Shown here in pieces: positions 32,902 to 42,666 of a DNA stretch of 64,000 nt (position 1 is the first letter of the stretch; each line of letters begins with the position of its first letter). The DNA comes from an uncultured Saprospirales bacterium (GTDB lineage Bacteria > Bacteroidota > Bacteroidia > Chitinophagales > JADIYW01). The notes under the pieces are model-generated. The model was not told the DNA's origin and searched no databases. It saw only the letters and a list, made by a program, of their open reading frames with translations. The stretch spans positions 10,202 to 74,201 of the forward strand of contig CALLKF010000164.1 in the NCBI GenBank assembly GCA_938008535.1. The letters run 5' to 3'. A program made the position numbers and the translations under genes.

Positions 32902-33324
32902 TTAAAATGGTAAATCATCATCAATTTGCGTCGCTGGTACATCTTCTACTTTTGGTGCAGGTGCTGATTGTTGGTAGCTATTAGCAGATGAATCGTTGTT
33001 ATTGCTTGGAGTTGAATTATTGACATTGTTAATTCTCCATGCTTTTACATCAGTATACCATCTTTCGTTGTATTCTCTGCTTTCAATATCAAATTCAACA
33101 GAAATATCATTTCCAACTATAAAATTATTATTAGTTACAAGGTCGCCCCACATGCTCACGCATACTTTTTTGGGATATTTACCACTATTAATTTCAATCA
33201 CCACTTCTTGCTTCTTCCATGGTCCATTTTTACCTTCACCAGTTTGCAAAGGATTTACTTTAAAAATTTTTCCGCTTAATTCCATTATAATATTTTTTAC
33301 AAAGATAAACGTTGGTCCACACAA
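32902..33324 (-). CDS. DUF3127 domain protein
   Basis: MELSGKIFKVNPLQTGEGKNGPWKKQEVVIEI...EFDIESREYNERWYTDVKAWRI. Confidence 0.85.
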   Translation of the reverse strand: MCGPTFIFVKNIIMELSGKIFKVNPLQTGEGKNGPWKKQEVVIEINSGKYPKKVCVSMWGDLVTNNNFIVGNDISVEFDIESREYNERWYTDVKAWRINNVNNSTPSNNNDSSANSYQQSAPAPKVEDVPATQIDDDLPF

Positions 33325-33437
33325 ATAAAAATAGCTTTTATAAACTTATTCTAATTTACTTAATCGTATGTTAATATTTCTTTTGAATTTTGGTCTTCAA
33401 ATTGATGTTCTTTTCAAAAAATGAGTAATTTTAAAGA

Positions 33438-34085
33438 ATGGATACTTCAATATTAAAGTTTGTTTCAGCAAATGGATTGCAACTTTTCAGCGATCATAAA
33501 ATAATTTTAAGCTTGGTAATGGGTTTAGGTTTAAGTGCTTGTTGCGGATTTAGGGTTTTTGTGCCATTACTAGCAGCAAGTATTGCCACAAAAATGGGTG
33601 TTTTACATTTAGGTGATGGTTTTCAATGGATGAGTTCAACAACTGCATTAGTTTGCTTTGGCGCTGCCACAATTTTTGAAATTGCTGGTTATTATATTCC
33701 ATTTGTAGATAATATTTTAGATACTGTTACTACACCAGCATCTGTAATTGCTGGCACTTTACTAACTGCATCTGCTATTATTCCAGATTTAGATCCGATG
33801 TTAAAATGGGGTTTGGGTATCATTGTTGGTGGTGGTAGCGCAGGCATTATTCAAGCAGGAACTGCATTAACTCGTGCCACTTCAACTGCTACTACTGCTG
33901 GTGTTGCCAACCCAGTTGTGGCTACTATAGAACATATTTTGGCAATTACTGGTAGTATCTTTAGTATTGTTATTCCATTTATTATCGCTGGAATTGTGTG
34001 TATTCTAATTTTATTAGCATTGTTTTTTGTGATTCGATATTTCAAAAAACATATTCCAACAACTGAAGCATTGACTACATCATAA
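33438..34085 (+). CDS. DUF4126 membrane protein
   Basis: GLGLSACCGFRVFVPLLAASIATKMG...IIPDLDPMLKWGLGIIVGGGSAG. Confidence 0.8.
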   Translation: MDTSILKFVSANGLQLFSDHKIILSLVMGLGLSACCGFRVFVPLLAASIATKMGVLHLGDGFQWMSSTTALVCFGAATIFEIAGYYIPFVDNILDTVTTPASVIAGTLLTASAIIPDLDPMLKWGLGIIVGGGSAGIIQAGTALTRATSTATTAGVANPVVATIEHILAITGSIFSIVIPFIIAGIVCILILLALFFVIRYFKKHIPTTEALTTS

Positions 34086-34107
34086 ATAAAAGTATGGTAT
34101 ATAATCC

Positions 34108-34138
34108 AAAAGCGATAGAGTTTTCTATCGCTTTTTTG
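34108..34138 (+). terminator. Rho-independent terminator
   Basis: Perfect 12-bp stem AAAAGCGATAGA-gttt-TCTATCGCTTTT plus T run. Confidence 0.85.
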
Positions 34139-34175
34139 TTTTCAGAAACTTGTATCTTTGATTTTTATACATTGA

Positions 34176-35207
34176 ATGAACGCATCAACACAAAATACTG
34201 TCAACTTCATTTCTAAACTTACACTAAAAAGAGTTTGGAATATGGGATTGGTTTATCTTTCATTTTATCTTACAAAACTCCTAAAAAAACCGATTCAACT
34301 CGGAATGCCGTTTTCTATTTCGTTCGAGCCAACAACTTCGTGCAATTTGCGGTGTCCGGAATGTCCAAGTGGTTTGCGTTCGTTTACGCGCGAAACAGGT
34401 ATGCTGGAACAAGATTTCTTCCAAAAAACGATAGATGAAATTGCTGATAAATTAATTTACCTAACTTTTTATTTTCAAGGTGAACCCTATTTACATAAGA
34501 ATTTTTTGGATATGGTTTCTTATGCGAGAAAAAAGAAAATCTATACATCTACCTCTACAAACGCTCACTATTTGACAGATGCGATGTCGAAAAAAACAAT
34601 AGAATCTGGTTTAGATAGATTGATTATTTCAATTGACGGCACAACACAAGAAACGTATCAAAGTTATCGTGTTGGTGGACAATTATCAAAAGTAATTGAA
34701 GGTGCAAAAAACATTGTGAAATGGAAAAAAGAACTGAACGCAAAAACTCCATATATCATTTTTCAATTTTTAGTAGTAAAGCCAAATGAACATCAAATTG
34801 ATGACTTAAAATTATTGGCGAAAGAAATTGGCGTTGATGAAGTCATCTTAAAAACTGCTCAAGTGTATGATTATAAATATGGCAACGAATTAATTCCTGA
34901 AAACGAACAATATTCTCGTTATAAAAAAAACAATGATGGTACTTATTCTATTAAAAATAGTTTAGAAAATAATTGCTGGAAATTGTGGCATAGTTGTGTA
35001 ATTACTTGGGATGGCAAGGTGGTTCCGTGTTGTTTTGATAAAGATGCGCAATATCAATTAGGCGATTTGCAAACACATTCGTTTTCTACTATTTGGAACA
35101 ATGATTTGTATAAAGATTTCAGAGTAAAATTAGTAAAAGGTCGAAAAGAAATTGATATCTGCACCAATTGCAGCGAAGGTTGCGAAGTGAACTTAAGCGC
35201 TGATTAA
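34176..35207 (+). CDS. Radical SAM / SPASM domain protein
   Basis: FEPTTSCNLRCPECPSG (CxxxCxxC) and C-terminal CWKLWHSCVITWDGKVVPCCFDKDAQYQLGD. Confidence 0.92.
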   Translation: MNASTQNTVNFISKLTLKRVWNMGLVYLSFYLTKLLKKPIQLGMPFSISFEPTTSCNLRCPECPSGLRSFTRETGMLEQDFFQKTIDEIADKLIYLTFYFQGEPYLHKNFLDMVSYARKKKIYTSTSTNAHYLTDAMSKKTIESGLDRLIISIDGTTQETYQSYRVGGQLSKVIEGAKNIVKWKKELNAKTPYIIFQFLVVKPNEHQIDDLKLLAKEIGVDEVILKTAQVYDYKYGNELIPENEQYSRYKKNNDGTYSIKNSLENNCWKLWHSCVITWDGKVVPCCFDKDAQYQLGDLQTHSFSTIWNNDLYKDFRVKLVKGRKEIDICTNCSEGCEVNLSAD

Positions 35208-35248
35208 TCAAGTTTTTACGCTGAATCAATTTCAGAACTTTTACTCAA

Positions 35249-36463
35249 CTAACTAACAATCATATTCCTTACTTCGCCGAAACCAATTTGTTTGTCGCCA
35301 TTTTTGCAAACTGCACTTAGTATAGCTGTGTCTCCATCTTGTAAAAAGGTTCGTTGTTCATCACCAATATTTATTGGTTCTTTGCCGTTCCAGGTTAATT
35401 CTAACAAACTACCAAAACTTGATTTTTCTTTACCTGAAATGGTGCCTGTTCCTAATAAATCACCTACTCGCAAATTACAGCCATTAACGGTGTGATGCGC
35501 TACTTGTTGTTCCATTGTCCAATATAAATATTTTGAATTGGTAACAGCTACAGTTGCTTTATTTTGTTTAGCAGTTTCAATTTCAAATGAAATTTCTATA
35601 TCAAAATTTAATCTTTTTTCTTCTTGCAAATATGGCAATACTTGTTGTGATTGTGTTGGTGCATCGGTAGTGAATTGTTTTAATGCTTCCATGGTTACAA
35701 TCCAAGGTGAAATAGCCGTGGCAAAGTTTTTACCTAAGAATGGACCTAATGGTTGATATTCCCAACGTTGTATATCACGTGCTGAAAAATCGTTTAATAA
35801 CACACAACCAAATACATGTTCAAGCGCATTTTTGATATCGATTGGTTCGCCTAAATTATTAGATTTTCCAATAATAAAGCCTAATTCTATTTCTATATCC
35901 AACGATTTTGATTCGCTGAAAATAACGTCTTCTCCTTTTAGAATTTGTCCGTTTGGTCTATTAATATTTTGCTTAGTGGTGATAATAGAAGAACTTCTTC
36001 CGTGGTATGCAATTGGCATGTGTTTCCAGTTGGGCAATAATGGATCCATGGTTGGACGAAACATTTTCCCAACATTAGATGCATGTTCTTCTGATGAATA
36101 AAAATCTGTGTAATCGCCAATATTTAAAGGTACATACATAATGGCTTCACTTTGTTGAAATAAGAATTGCGCATGATTTTTTGTAAAAAAATCGGATTCT
36201 TCATTAATCAATTCTTGAATTATTTTTCTAACATACATCCAAACATCTTTCCCAAGTGCAATAAAATCATTTAATGAAGATTGATTGAAAACATTGGAGT
36301 GAATTTTATTTTCAAAGAAACTTAATTCATACAATACTGATAAGTCTATAATTTGATTGCCAATAGCAATGCCTGCGCGTTTATGCTTTGTCGGTGTTGA
36401 AAAAATTCCATACGGTAAATTATGTATTGAAAAATGTGAGTCTGAGTCGATTTGAATATTCAT
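35249..36463 (-). CDS. fahA: Fumarylacetoacetase
   Basis: VPLNIGDYTDFYSSEEHASNVGKMFR...LPNWKHMPIAYHGRSSSI...LLNDFSARDIQRWEYQPLGPFLGKNF. Confidence 0.95.
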   Translation of the reverse strand: MNIQIDSDSHFSIHNLPYGIFSTPTKHKRAGIAIGNQIIDLSVLYELSFFENKIHSNVFNQSSLNDFIALGKDVWMYVRKIIQELINEESDFFTKNHAQFLFQQSEAIMYVPLNIGDYTDFYSSEEHASNVGKMFRPTMDPLLPNWKHMPIAYHGRSSSIITTKQNINRPNGQILKGEDVIFSESKSLDIEIELGFIIGKSNNLGEPIDIKNALEHVFGCVLLNDFSARDIQRWEYQPLGPFLGKNFATAISPWIVTMEALKQFTTDAPTQSQQVLPYLQEEKRLNFDIEISFEIETAKQNKATVAVTNSKYLYWTMEQQVAHHTVNGCNLRVGDLLGTGTISGKEKSSFGSLLELTWNGKEPINIGDEQRTFLQDGDTAILSAVCKNGDKQIGFGEVRNMIVS

Positions 36464-36504
36464 ATTGTTTATTTTTTTGCAAAAAAGATTAAGTATGCAA
36501 GTTT

Positions 36505-36927
36505 TTACTTGCTTAAGTTTTCTTTAATTTTTTTAGTGATTCGTTCGATGTGGTGAATGTCTTTTTCAGTTAGACTGTTCCATCCTTTTTTCCTGAATTC
36601 GACAACAACTGGTAAAAGTTTCTGAATTAGTAGTTTTCCTTTTTTACTCAATGATATATTGAATTTCCGTCTGTCTTCTTTACATTCTTCACGAGTAATC
36701 AAATCTTTCTTTACTAGTAATTCGATGATGCGTGTTATAGTCGGTGCATCTTTAGCGCAATTTTCACATAAATCGACCTGATTTTGTGTGCTATGTTGAT
36801 GCAACTCCAACAACACAACCCATTGGTCAACAGTGATATCTACATCGTGTTCGTTAAACTTGCGTTGCAAAGCCAGCTTTATTTTTTTGGCTGTTGATTC
36901 TAAGGTAAATCCGTAATTAAAGTCCAT
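36505..36927 (-). CDS. MarR family transcriptional regulator
   Basis: LELHQHSTQNQVDLCENCAKDAPTITRIIELLVKKDLITREECKEDRRK; start moved to ATG 36927 (MDFNYGF); the track start uses a TTG inside the spacer hairpin. Confidence 0.88.
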   Translation of the reverse strand: MDFNYGFTLESTAKKIKLALQRKFNEHDVDITVDQWVVLLELHQHSTQNQVDLCENCAKDAPTITRIIELLVKKDLITREECKEDRRKFNISLSKKGKLLIQKLLPVVVEFRKKGWNSLTEKDIHHIERITKKIKENLSK

Positions 36928-36930
36928 ATT

Positions 36931-36995
36931 AGTCGTAAGTTGTAAGTCCTGAGTTGTGAGCAAATCTTAAGACTTTCTGCTCACAACTTACGACT
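36931..36995. repeat. Nested inverted repeats between MarR gene and hppD
   Basis: AGTTGTGAGCA (36952-36962)/TGCTCACAACT (36978-36988) perfect 11 bp; outer AGTCGTAAGTTGT (36931-36943)/ACAACTTACGACT (36983-36995). Confidence 0.75.
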
Positions 36996-38154
36996 ATAAA
37001 GTTCCTCTTTTTTCTTGTTCTCTTTCAATAGATTCAAATAATGCTTTGAAATTTCCTGCTCCAAAACCTTTCGCACCCATTCTTTGTATGATTTCAAAAA
37101 ACAAGGTTGGTCGGTCTTCCACAGGTTTGGTGAAAATCTGCAATAGATAACCATCTTCATCAGCATCTACTAGTATAGCCAGCTTTTCTAACACAGCAAT
37201 ATCTTCTTTCATAATGCTCATATGTTCGCCTAAGCGCGCTGGAATTTCTTCGTAATAGGCATGTGGTGGTGCGCTTAAAAACTCAACACCACGTGCACGC
37301 AATTGTGTTACCGTTGAAATAATATCATCGGTAGCGACTGCAATGTGTTGCACGCCTGAACCTTCATAAAAATCTAGATATTCCTCAATTTGTGATTTCT
37401 TTTTACCTTCTGCTGGCTCATTAATTGGAAATTTAATTCTACCATTTCCATTGCTCATTACTTTACTCATCAGTGCAGAATATTCGGTATGAATTTGTTT
37501 ATCATCAAACGATAAAAAGTTTACAAAACCCATTACATCTTCGTACCATTTTACCCAAATATTCATTTCATTCCAGCCAACATTGCCTACCATGTGGTCA
37601 ATAAATTTTAATCCAACAGACGTTGGATTATAATCAGATTTCCAAGGTTGATAGCCAGGTAAAAATGTACCAGTATAATTTTTGCGTTCTACAAAAATAT
37701 GCACGGTATCGCTATACGTATAAATTCCAGAACGCACTACTTCACCAAACTCATCTTTTTCTAAGGTTGGCTGCATGAACGGTTTAGCACCACGCTTGGT
37801 GGTTTCTTCAAATGATTTGGCAGCATCATCTACCCAAAGTGCTATGACTTTTACACCATCACCGTGTTTGGCTAAATGTGTATTTAATGGTGAATCTGAA
37901 GTTAATGGTGTGGTAAGTACTAGTCTAATTTTATCTTGTTTCAGCACATAAGATGCTTTGTCGCGAACACCAGTTTCCAAACCTGCGTATGCTAAGGATT
38001 GAAAGCCGAATGCTGTTTTATAAAAATGTGCAGCTTGCTTTGCATTTCCTACATAAAACTCGACATAATCGGTTCCTAATAACGGTAAAAAATCTTGTGC
38101 ACCATCGAAGATTTTTTCGAGTCCGTATTCTACATTTTTAATTTCTGTTGACAT
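36994..38154 (-). CDS. hppD: 4-hydroxyphenylpyruvate dioxygenase
   Basis: VGLKFIDHMVGNVGWNEMNIWVKWYEDVMGF...YLEFYEGSGVQHIAVAT...EDGYLLQIFTKPVEDRPTLFFEIIQR. Confidence 0.95.
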   Translation of the reverse strand: MSTEIKNVEYGLEKIFDGAQDFLPLLGTDYVEFYVGNAKQAAHFYKTAFGFQSLAYAGLETGVRDKASYVLKQDKIRLVLTTPLTSDSPLNTHLAKHGDGVKVIALWVDDAAKSFEETTKRGAKPFMQPTLEKDEFGEVVRSGIYTYSDTVHIFVERKNYTGTFLPGYQPWKSDYNPTSVGLKFIDHMVGNVGWNEMNIWVKWYEDVMGFVNFLSFDDKQIHTEYSALMSKVMSNGNGRIKFPINEPAEGKKKSQIEEYLDFYEGSGVQHIAVATDDIISTVTQLRARGVEFLSAPPHAYYEEIPARLGEHMSIMKEDIAVLEKLAILVDADEDGYLLQIFTKPVEDRPTLFFEIIQRMGAKGFGAGNFKALFESIEREQEKRGTL

Positions 38155-38191
38155 ATATTTTAATTTGATAATTAGCTAATTTTGAAATGAT

Positions 38192-38737
38192 TTAAACATT
38201 TCCATAAATATTTTTTATTTTATCATTTTCTACTTCAATAATAAATTCATGTTCAACATCTGATTCAAATTGGTATGATACCTTATATGAATTGCTATCA
38301 ATTTCAATCTCTTGTGGAATATAAATACATGCAAGATTATACTTGTTTAATATCTTTTTAATTTTTAAAGGATTTGGAAATAATTCTTCAAAATCATTCT
38401 TAGATAATTTATTGCTATTATAATTAGCTCCTTCTATATAATAAGGGTATGCTTTTTTGTAGTCATTATACAAAGCAATCTTAATAGTATCATTTAATTT
38501 TGAAACTATATATAGTGTATTTTTCAGTTTTTCTTTTTGCTTTTCTGTTGGTTTTATTTGAATAGAATCTAAGTCATAAAAAACAGAAATTGAATCATTT
38601 TTGAAATAGATTTGTTCAACAAAAAAATTTCTTTTTTTAATATTTTTATTATTGCTATTTGAAGTAAATGAACAAGCAACTATTGATATAAGTATCAAAA
38701 CTAAGAAAGAATATTTTATTTTAATTTTCATTATCAA
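38192..38737 (-). CDS. Hypothetical lipoprotein
   Basis: VLILISIVACSF lipobox, 181 aa. Confidence 0.65.
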   Translation of the reverse strand: MIMKIKIKYSFLVLILISIVACSFTSNSNNKNIKKRNFFVEQIYFKNDSISVFYDLDSIQIKPTEKQKEKLKNTLYIVSKLNDTIKIALYNDYKKAYPYYIEGANYNSNKLSKNDFEELFPNPLKIKKILNKYNLACIYIPQEIEIDSNSYKVSYQFESDVEHEFIIEVENDKIKNIYGNV

Positions 38738-38762
38738 ATTCGCTAATTACCAAATTATCTCA

Positions 38763-39920
38763 TTACTCAACCCAGCTTTTATAATATTTTCCATCGTCAA
38801 TTTTCATCGCTTCTTCTGTTACCATTAATGGTCTAAAAGTATCTATCATTACGGCTAATTCCTGTGTTTCTTTTTGTCCGATGCTGCGTTCCATAGCACC
38901 AGGTGCCGGTCCGTGCGGAATACCTTTTGGATGCAGTGTTATATGGCCTTGTTCGATATTGTTTCTGCTCATAAAATCACCATCCACATAATACAATAAT
39001 TCATCACTATCTATATTACTATGGTTATAAGGCGCTGGTATTGCCTGCGGATGATAATCATACAACCTTGGTACAAATGAGCAAACCACTAATGCGTTGG
39101 TTTCAAATGTTTGATGTACTGGTGGTGGTTGATGCACACGACCTGTTATTGGCTCAAAATTATGAATGCTAAATCCAAACGGAAAATTATAGCCATCCCA
39201 ACCAACTACATCAAACGGATGCGTTGCATACACGAACTCGTGCAGCACGTTTTGTTTTTTTATTTTGATAATAAAATCGCCTTTCTCATCGTGTGTTTCT
39301 AATTGAGTTGGCAACTTTAAATCGCGTTCGCAAAATGGTGCATGTTCTAATAATTGACCAGATGAACTTTTATATCGTTTAGGTGTGTGAATAGGCGCAA
39401 AAGATTCCATAAATAATAATCGGTTATCTTCTGTGTTAAATTCTATTTGATAAATCATACCACGCGGAATGATGAGATAATCGCCGTACTCAAATGGAAT
39501 ATTTCCCATAAATGTGCGCAAAGTTCCAGTGCCTCTGTGAATGAAAATCATTTCATCTGCATCAGCATTTTTATAGAAATAAGTAGTTAAAGATTTGCGT
39601 GGTGCAGCCAACCCTATAGTACAATCGTTGTTTACAAAAAGTGTTTTTCTGCTGTCTAAAAAATCATTTTCTGTCAGAATATTAAATCCTTTTAACAGCA
39701 ATGATTTTATATTTTTCTCAACAGCAATCCTTGGCGTAACATCTTTAGAAGATAAGATTTCTTTTACCTGTGTTGGTCGATGTATATGATACAACAGCGA
39801 CGAATGGCTATGAAAACCTTCGGTGCCGAACAATTGTTCGTAGTGGTGTTTGCCATTTTCTGACTGAAAAACAACATGTCGTTTTTGAGGGAATTTTCCG
39901 ATTTTGTGATAGATTGGCAT
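38763..39920 (-). CDS. hmgA: Homogentisate 1,2-dioxygenase
   Basis: HRGTGTLRTFMGNIPFEYGDYLIIPRGMIYQIEF...GWDGYNFPFGFSIHNFEPITGRVHQPPPVHQTFE. Confidence 0.93.
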   Translation of the reverse strand: MPIYHKIGKFPQKRHVVFQSENGKHHYEQLFGTEGFHSHSSLLYHIHRPTQVKEILSSKDVTPRIAVEKNIKSLLLKGFNILTENDFLDSRKTLFVNNDCTIGLAAPRKSLTTYFYKNADADEMIFIHRGTGTLRTFMGNIPFEYGDYLIIPRGMIYQIEFNTEDNRLLFMESFAPIHTPKRYKSSSGQLLEHAPFCERDLKLPTQLETHDEKGDFIIKIKKQNVLHEFVYATHPFDVVGWDGYNFPFGFSIHNFEPITGRVHQPPPVHQTFETNALVVCSFVPRLYDYHPQAIPAPYNHSNIDSDELLYYVDGDFMSRNNIEQGHITLHPKGIPHGPAPGAMERSIGQKETQELAVMIDTFRPLMVTEEAMKIDDGKYYKSWVE

Positions 39921-40023
39921 ATTTTTAATTTAATAATTGAAATAATATAGCAATGTAACAATGCTTAAAGGTTATAATATTTCTGCATCTCATTATTACA
40001 TTTTAAATTACTTCATTGTTACG

Positions 40024-41253
40024 TTAACTTAGTTCTTCAATAGCAATTTGCAATGCATTTCTTGAAATAAATCGGTTGTTACTATCTTTTTGATGTACTT
40101 TTTCTAATGCTTTATAAATCACTTTCGATACATCTTGAAAAATAGCGTCATCTGTAATTTTTACATTTTTTCCCATTAAAAAAGCAAACACACGAGCCAT
40201 ACCGCAATTTGCAATAAAATCTGGTATCACGGCTAAATTCTCATCTGCTTTATTTAAAATTTTTCCATAAAAAATTTCAGGATCATTGAATGAAACATTG
40301 GCTCCAGAAGAAATTACTTCAACGCCAGCTTTAATCAGTTCATCTAAGTTGTTTTCATTTACAAAACGTGAACCTGCACATGGAACAAAAATATCAGCTT
40401 TCGTTTTCCAGAACTCGGTTTGTGCTTGCTCAAACGGAATTAAATTTGGATGTGTGAGTTTGTTATTTTTTCTATTTAGAAAGAGCTTTTTGACTTGTTC
40501 AAAATCCAAACCATCATCATCAATCAGAGCGCCTGTGATATCAATAATTGCTGTAATCTTCGCGCCTTGTTGTGCTAAAAAATAGGCTGCTGCAGCACCA
40601 ACATTTCCGAAACCTTGTATGGTTGCTTTTTTGCCAATTAAGTTCTCCTTTTTATACAATTGATAATAATGTTTCACCGATTCAGCAACTCCATATCCAG
40701 TAATCATATCAGCTACTAGATAACCTTCTTTTTTAGATGGCGTATAATCTTCATCTTCAATTAATTTAGAAACACCAACACGCAGTTGTCCTATTTTATT
40801 GATTTTATCTCGTTCTTTTGGATGATAATGACCATTCACAATGCCTTCTTGCGGATGCCAAATGCCATATTCTTCTGTAATAGGAATTACTTCATGGATT
40901 TCATCTACATTCATGTCACCACCGGTTCCGTAATAACTCTTTAAGATTGGAGCTACTGCTTTAAACCAGCGTTCTAATACTTCTTTTTTTCTTGGATCAT
41001 TTGGGTCGAAATTGATACCTGATTTTGCACCACCAATATCTGGTCCTGAAACAGAAAACTTAATTTCCATGGTTTTTGCGAGAGAAACAACTTCGTGTTT
41101 GGTTAAACCTTTGCGCATGCGTGTGCCACCACCAGCTGCACCACCACGCAATGAATTAATAACTAACCAACCTTGAGCATCGGTTTTAGAATCGTTCCAT
41201 TCAAAGACGATTTCTGGATTTTTTTCTTCAAATGGTTTTATAAAATCAGACAT
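40024..41253 (-). CDS. Glu/Leu/Phe/Val dehydrogenase family protein
   Basis: GGAAGGGTRMRKGLTKHEVVSLAKTMEIKFSVSGPDIGGAKSGINFDP...ATIQGFGNVGAAAAYF. Confidence 0.92.
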   Translation of the reverse strand: MSDFIKPFEEKNPEIVFEWNDSKTDAQGWLVINSLRGGAAGGGTRMRKGLTKHEVVSLAKTMEIKFSVSGPDIGGAKSGINFDPNDPRKKEVLERWFKAVAPILKSYYGTGGDMNVDEIHEVIPITEEYGIWHPQEGIVNGHYHPKERDKINKIGQLRVGVSKLIEDEDYTPSKKEGYLVADMITGYGVAESVKHYYQLYKKENLIGKKATIQGFGNVGAAAAYFLAQQGAKITAIIDITGALIDDDGLDFEQVKKLFLNRKNNKLTHPNLIPFEQAQTEFWKTKADIFVPCAGSRFVNENNLDELIKAGVEVISSGANVSFNDPEIFYGKILNKADENLAVIPDFIANCGMARVFAFLMGKNVKITDDAIFQDVSKVIYKALEKVHQKDSNNRFISRNALQIAIEELS

Positions 41254-41427
41254 AAAGGATTGAACTTTGAGAAATTAGAATTGAGCTTTATAAAATAAAG
41301 ATACAATATTAGTTGTTATGGCAACTAATTTTTTTTGGATTATTTTTTTCAATTTAATATTTTATCGCACTACGAATATCATGAAACAAAACGTCAAAAA
41401 ACAAAATAAAAAATCGATATTTGCAAT

Positions 41428-42006
41428 ATGTTTAAATGGATATTCTTACAGTTATTTAAGTTAAAAGGTTGGAAATTGAACACCAATACTATTTACAATT
41501 ACAAGCAATCAGTTGTAATAGCAGCACCGCACACTTCCAATTGGGATGGCGTATTAATGGTTGCCGCTTTTGACATCATGAAACTGCCAATCAAATTTAC
41601 GTTAAAAAAAGAATGGTTTCGTTTTCCATTTGGAAAAATTGCCCGAGCAATGGGTGGCATTGCAATCGACAGAACACCGAAAAAAGCTGGTGAGGCAAGA
41701 CCAAGTATGACGGAAGCAATTGCCAATCTTTTTAAAGAAAATGAAATTTTGCATATTGCATTTACACCAGAAGGAACACGCTCGTTAAGAACGGAATGGA
41801 AAATGGGTTTTTATCATGCTGCAAAAATGGCAAATGTGCCTATTTTATTAGGTTATTTAGATTATAAAGATAAAATTGCTGGTATCGGAAAAGTGATTAT
41901 TCCATCCGATAATATGGAGCAGGATTTGCGAGAAATTATGGCATTTTATAAAGATATTTCTGGCTGTCATCCTGAAAAATTTAGTGTTGATTTAAGGTAC
42001 ATTTAA
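41428..42006 (+). CDS. 1-acyl-sn-glycerol-3-phosphate acyltransferase-like (PlsC), copy 1
   Basis: VVIAAPHTSNWDGVLMVAAFD...GGIAIDRTP...IAFTPEGTRS. Confidence 0.88.
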   Translation: MFKWIFLQLFKLKGWKLNTNTIYNYKQSVVIAAPHTSNWDGVLMVAAFDIMKLPIKFTLKKEWFRFPFGKIARAMGGIAIDRTPKKAGEARPSMTEAIANLFKENEILHIAFTPEGTRSLRTEWKMGFYHAAKMANVPILLGYLDYKDKIAGIGKVIIPSDNMEQDLREIMAFYKDISGCHPEKFSVDLRYI

Positions 42007-42055
42007 GAGTAACAAGTTATAAGTAGTAAGGAAAAAAGTTAGTTATTTTACTTTT

Positions 42056-42063
42056 ACCTTTGC
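42056..42063 (+). promoter_or_regulatory. Putative -7 element TACCTTTG
   Basis: Matches the TAnnTTTG Bacteroidota consensus, upstream of the 42080 ORF. Confidence 0.4.
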
Positions 42064-42079
42064 GCTTTAATTATAAGAT

Positions 42080-42664
42080 ATGCTTAAAATAATTTCTCGA
42101 TTAATTTTATTGGTTAAAGGTTGGACGTATAATGTAGATGCGCTAAAAACTTTAGATAAATGTGTGTTGATTGTTGCACCACACACTTCGGCTTGGGACA
42201 TGGCAATAGGTAAAGCCATATTTGTATTGGCAAAAGTTCCTGCAAAAATTGCCATAAAGAAAGAAGCATTTTTTTGGCCTTTGAATTGGGTTTTGCGCTA
42301 CTTAGGCGGATTTCCGATTGACAGAACACCTAAAGACGGCACCAAACAGCGATTAAGTTTAACAGATGCTTTGGTATATTCTGTAAAAAAAGAGAAAAAA
42401 ATATGTTTAGTAATTACACCTGAAGGTTCGCGTGGAAAACGCAAGCAATGGAAAACAGGTTTTTATCATATAGCAGTAAAAGCGCAAGTACCGATTGCTT
42501 TAGGTTATTTGGATTTTGACGTGAAAGAAGGAATCGTTGACAAAATTTTTTACCCAACTGGTGATATGGATAAAGATATGCGTGAAATAATGGATTATTA
42601 CAAAGATAAAACGCATTTAGGAAAATATCCGAACCGTTGTGTAACAGATGAGCGTTGGTCTTGA
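42080..42664 (+). CDS. 1-acyl-sn-glycerol-3-phosphate acyltransferase-like (PlsC), copy 2
   Basis: VLIVAPHTSAWDMAIGKAIFV...GGFPIDRTPKDG...LVITPEGSRGKRKQWKTGFYHIA. Confidence 0.88.
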   Translation: MLKIISRLILLVKGWTYNVDALKTLDKCVLIVAPHTSAWDMAIGKAIFVLAKVPAKIAIKKEAFFWPLNWVLRYLGGFPIDRTPKDGTKQRLSLTDALVYSVKKEKKICLVITPEGSRGKRKQWKTGFYHIAVKAQVPIALGYLDFDVKEGIVDKIFYPTGDMDKDMREIMDYYKDKTHLGKYPNRCVTDERWS

Positions 42665-42666
42665 GT

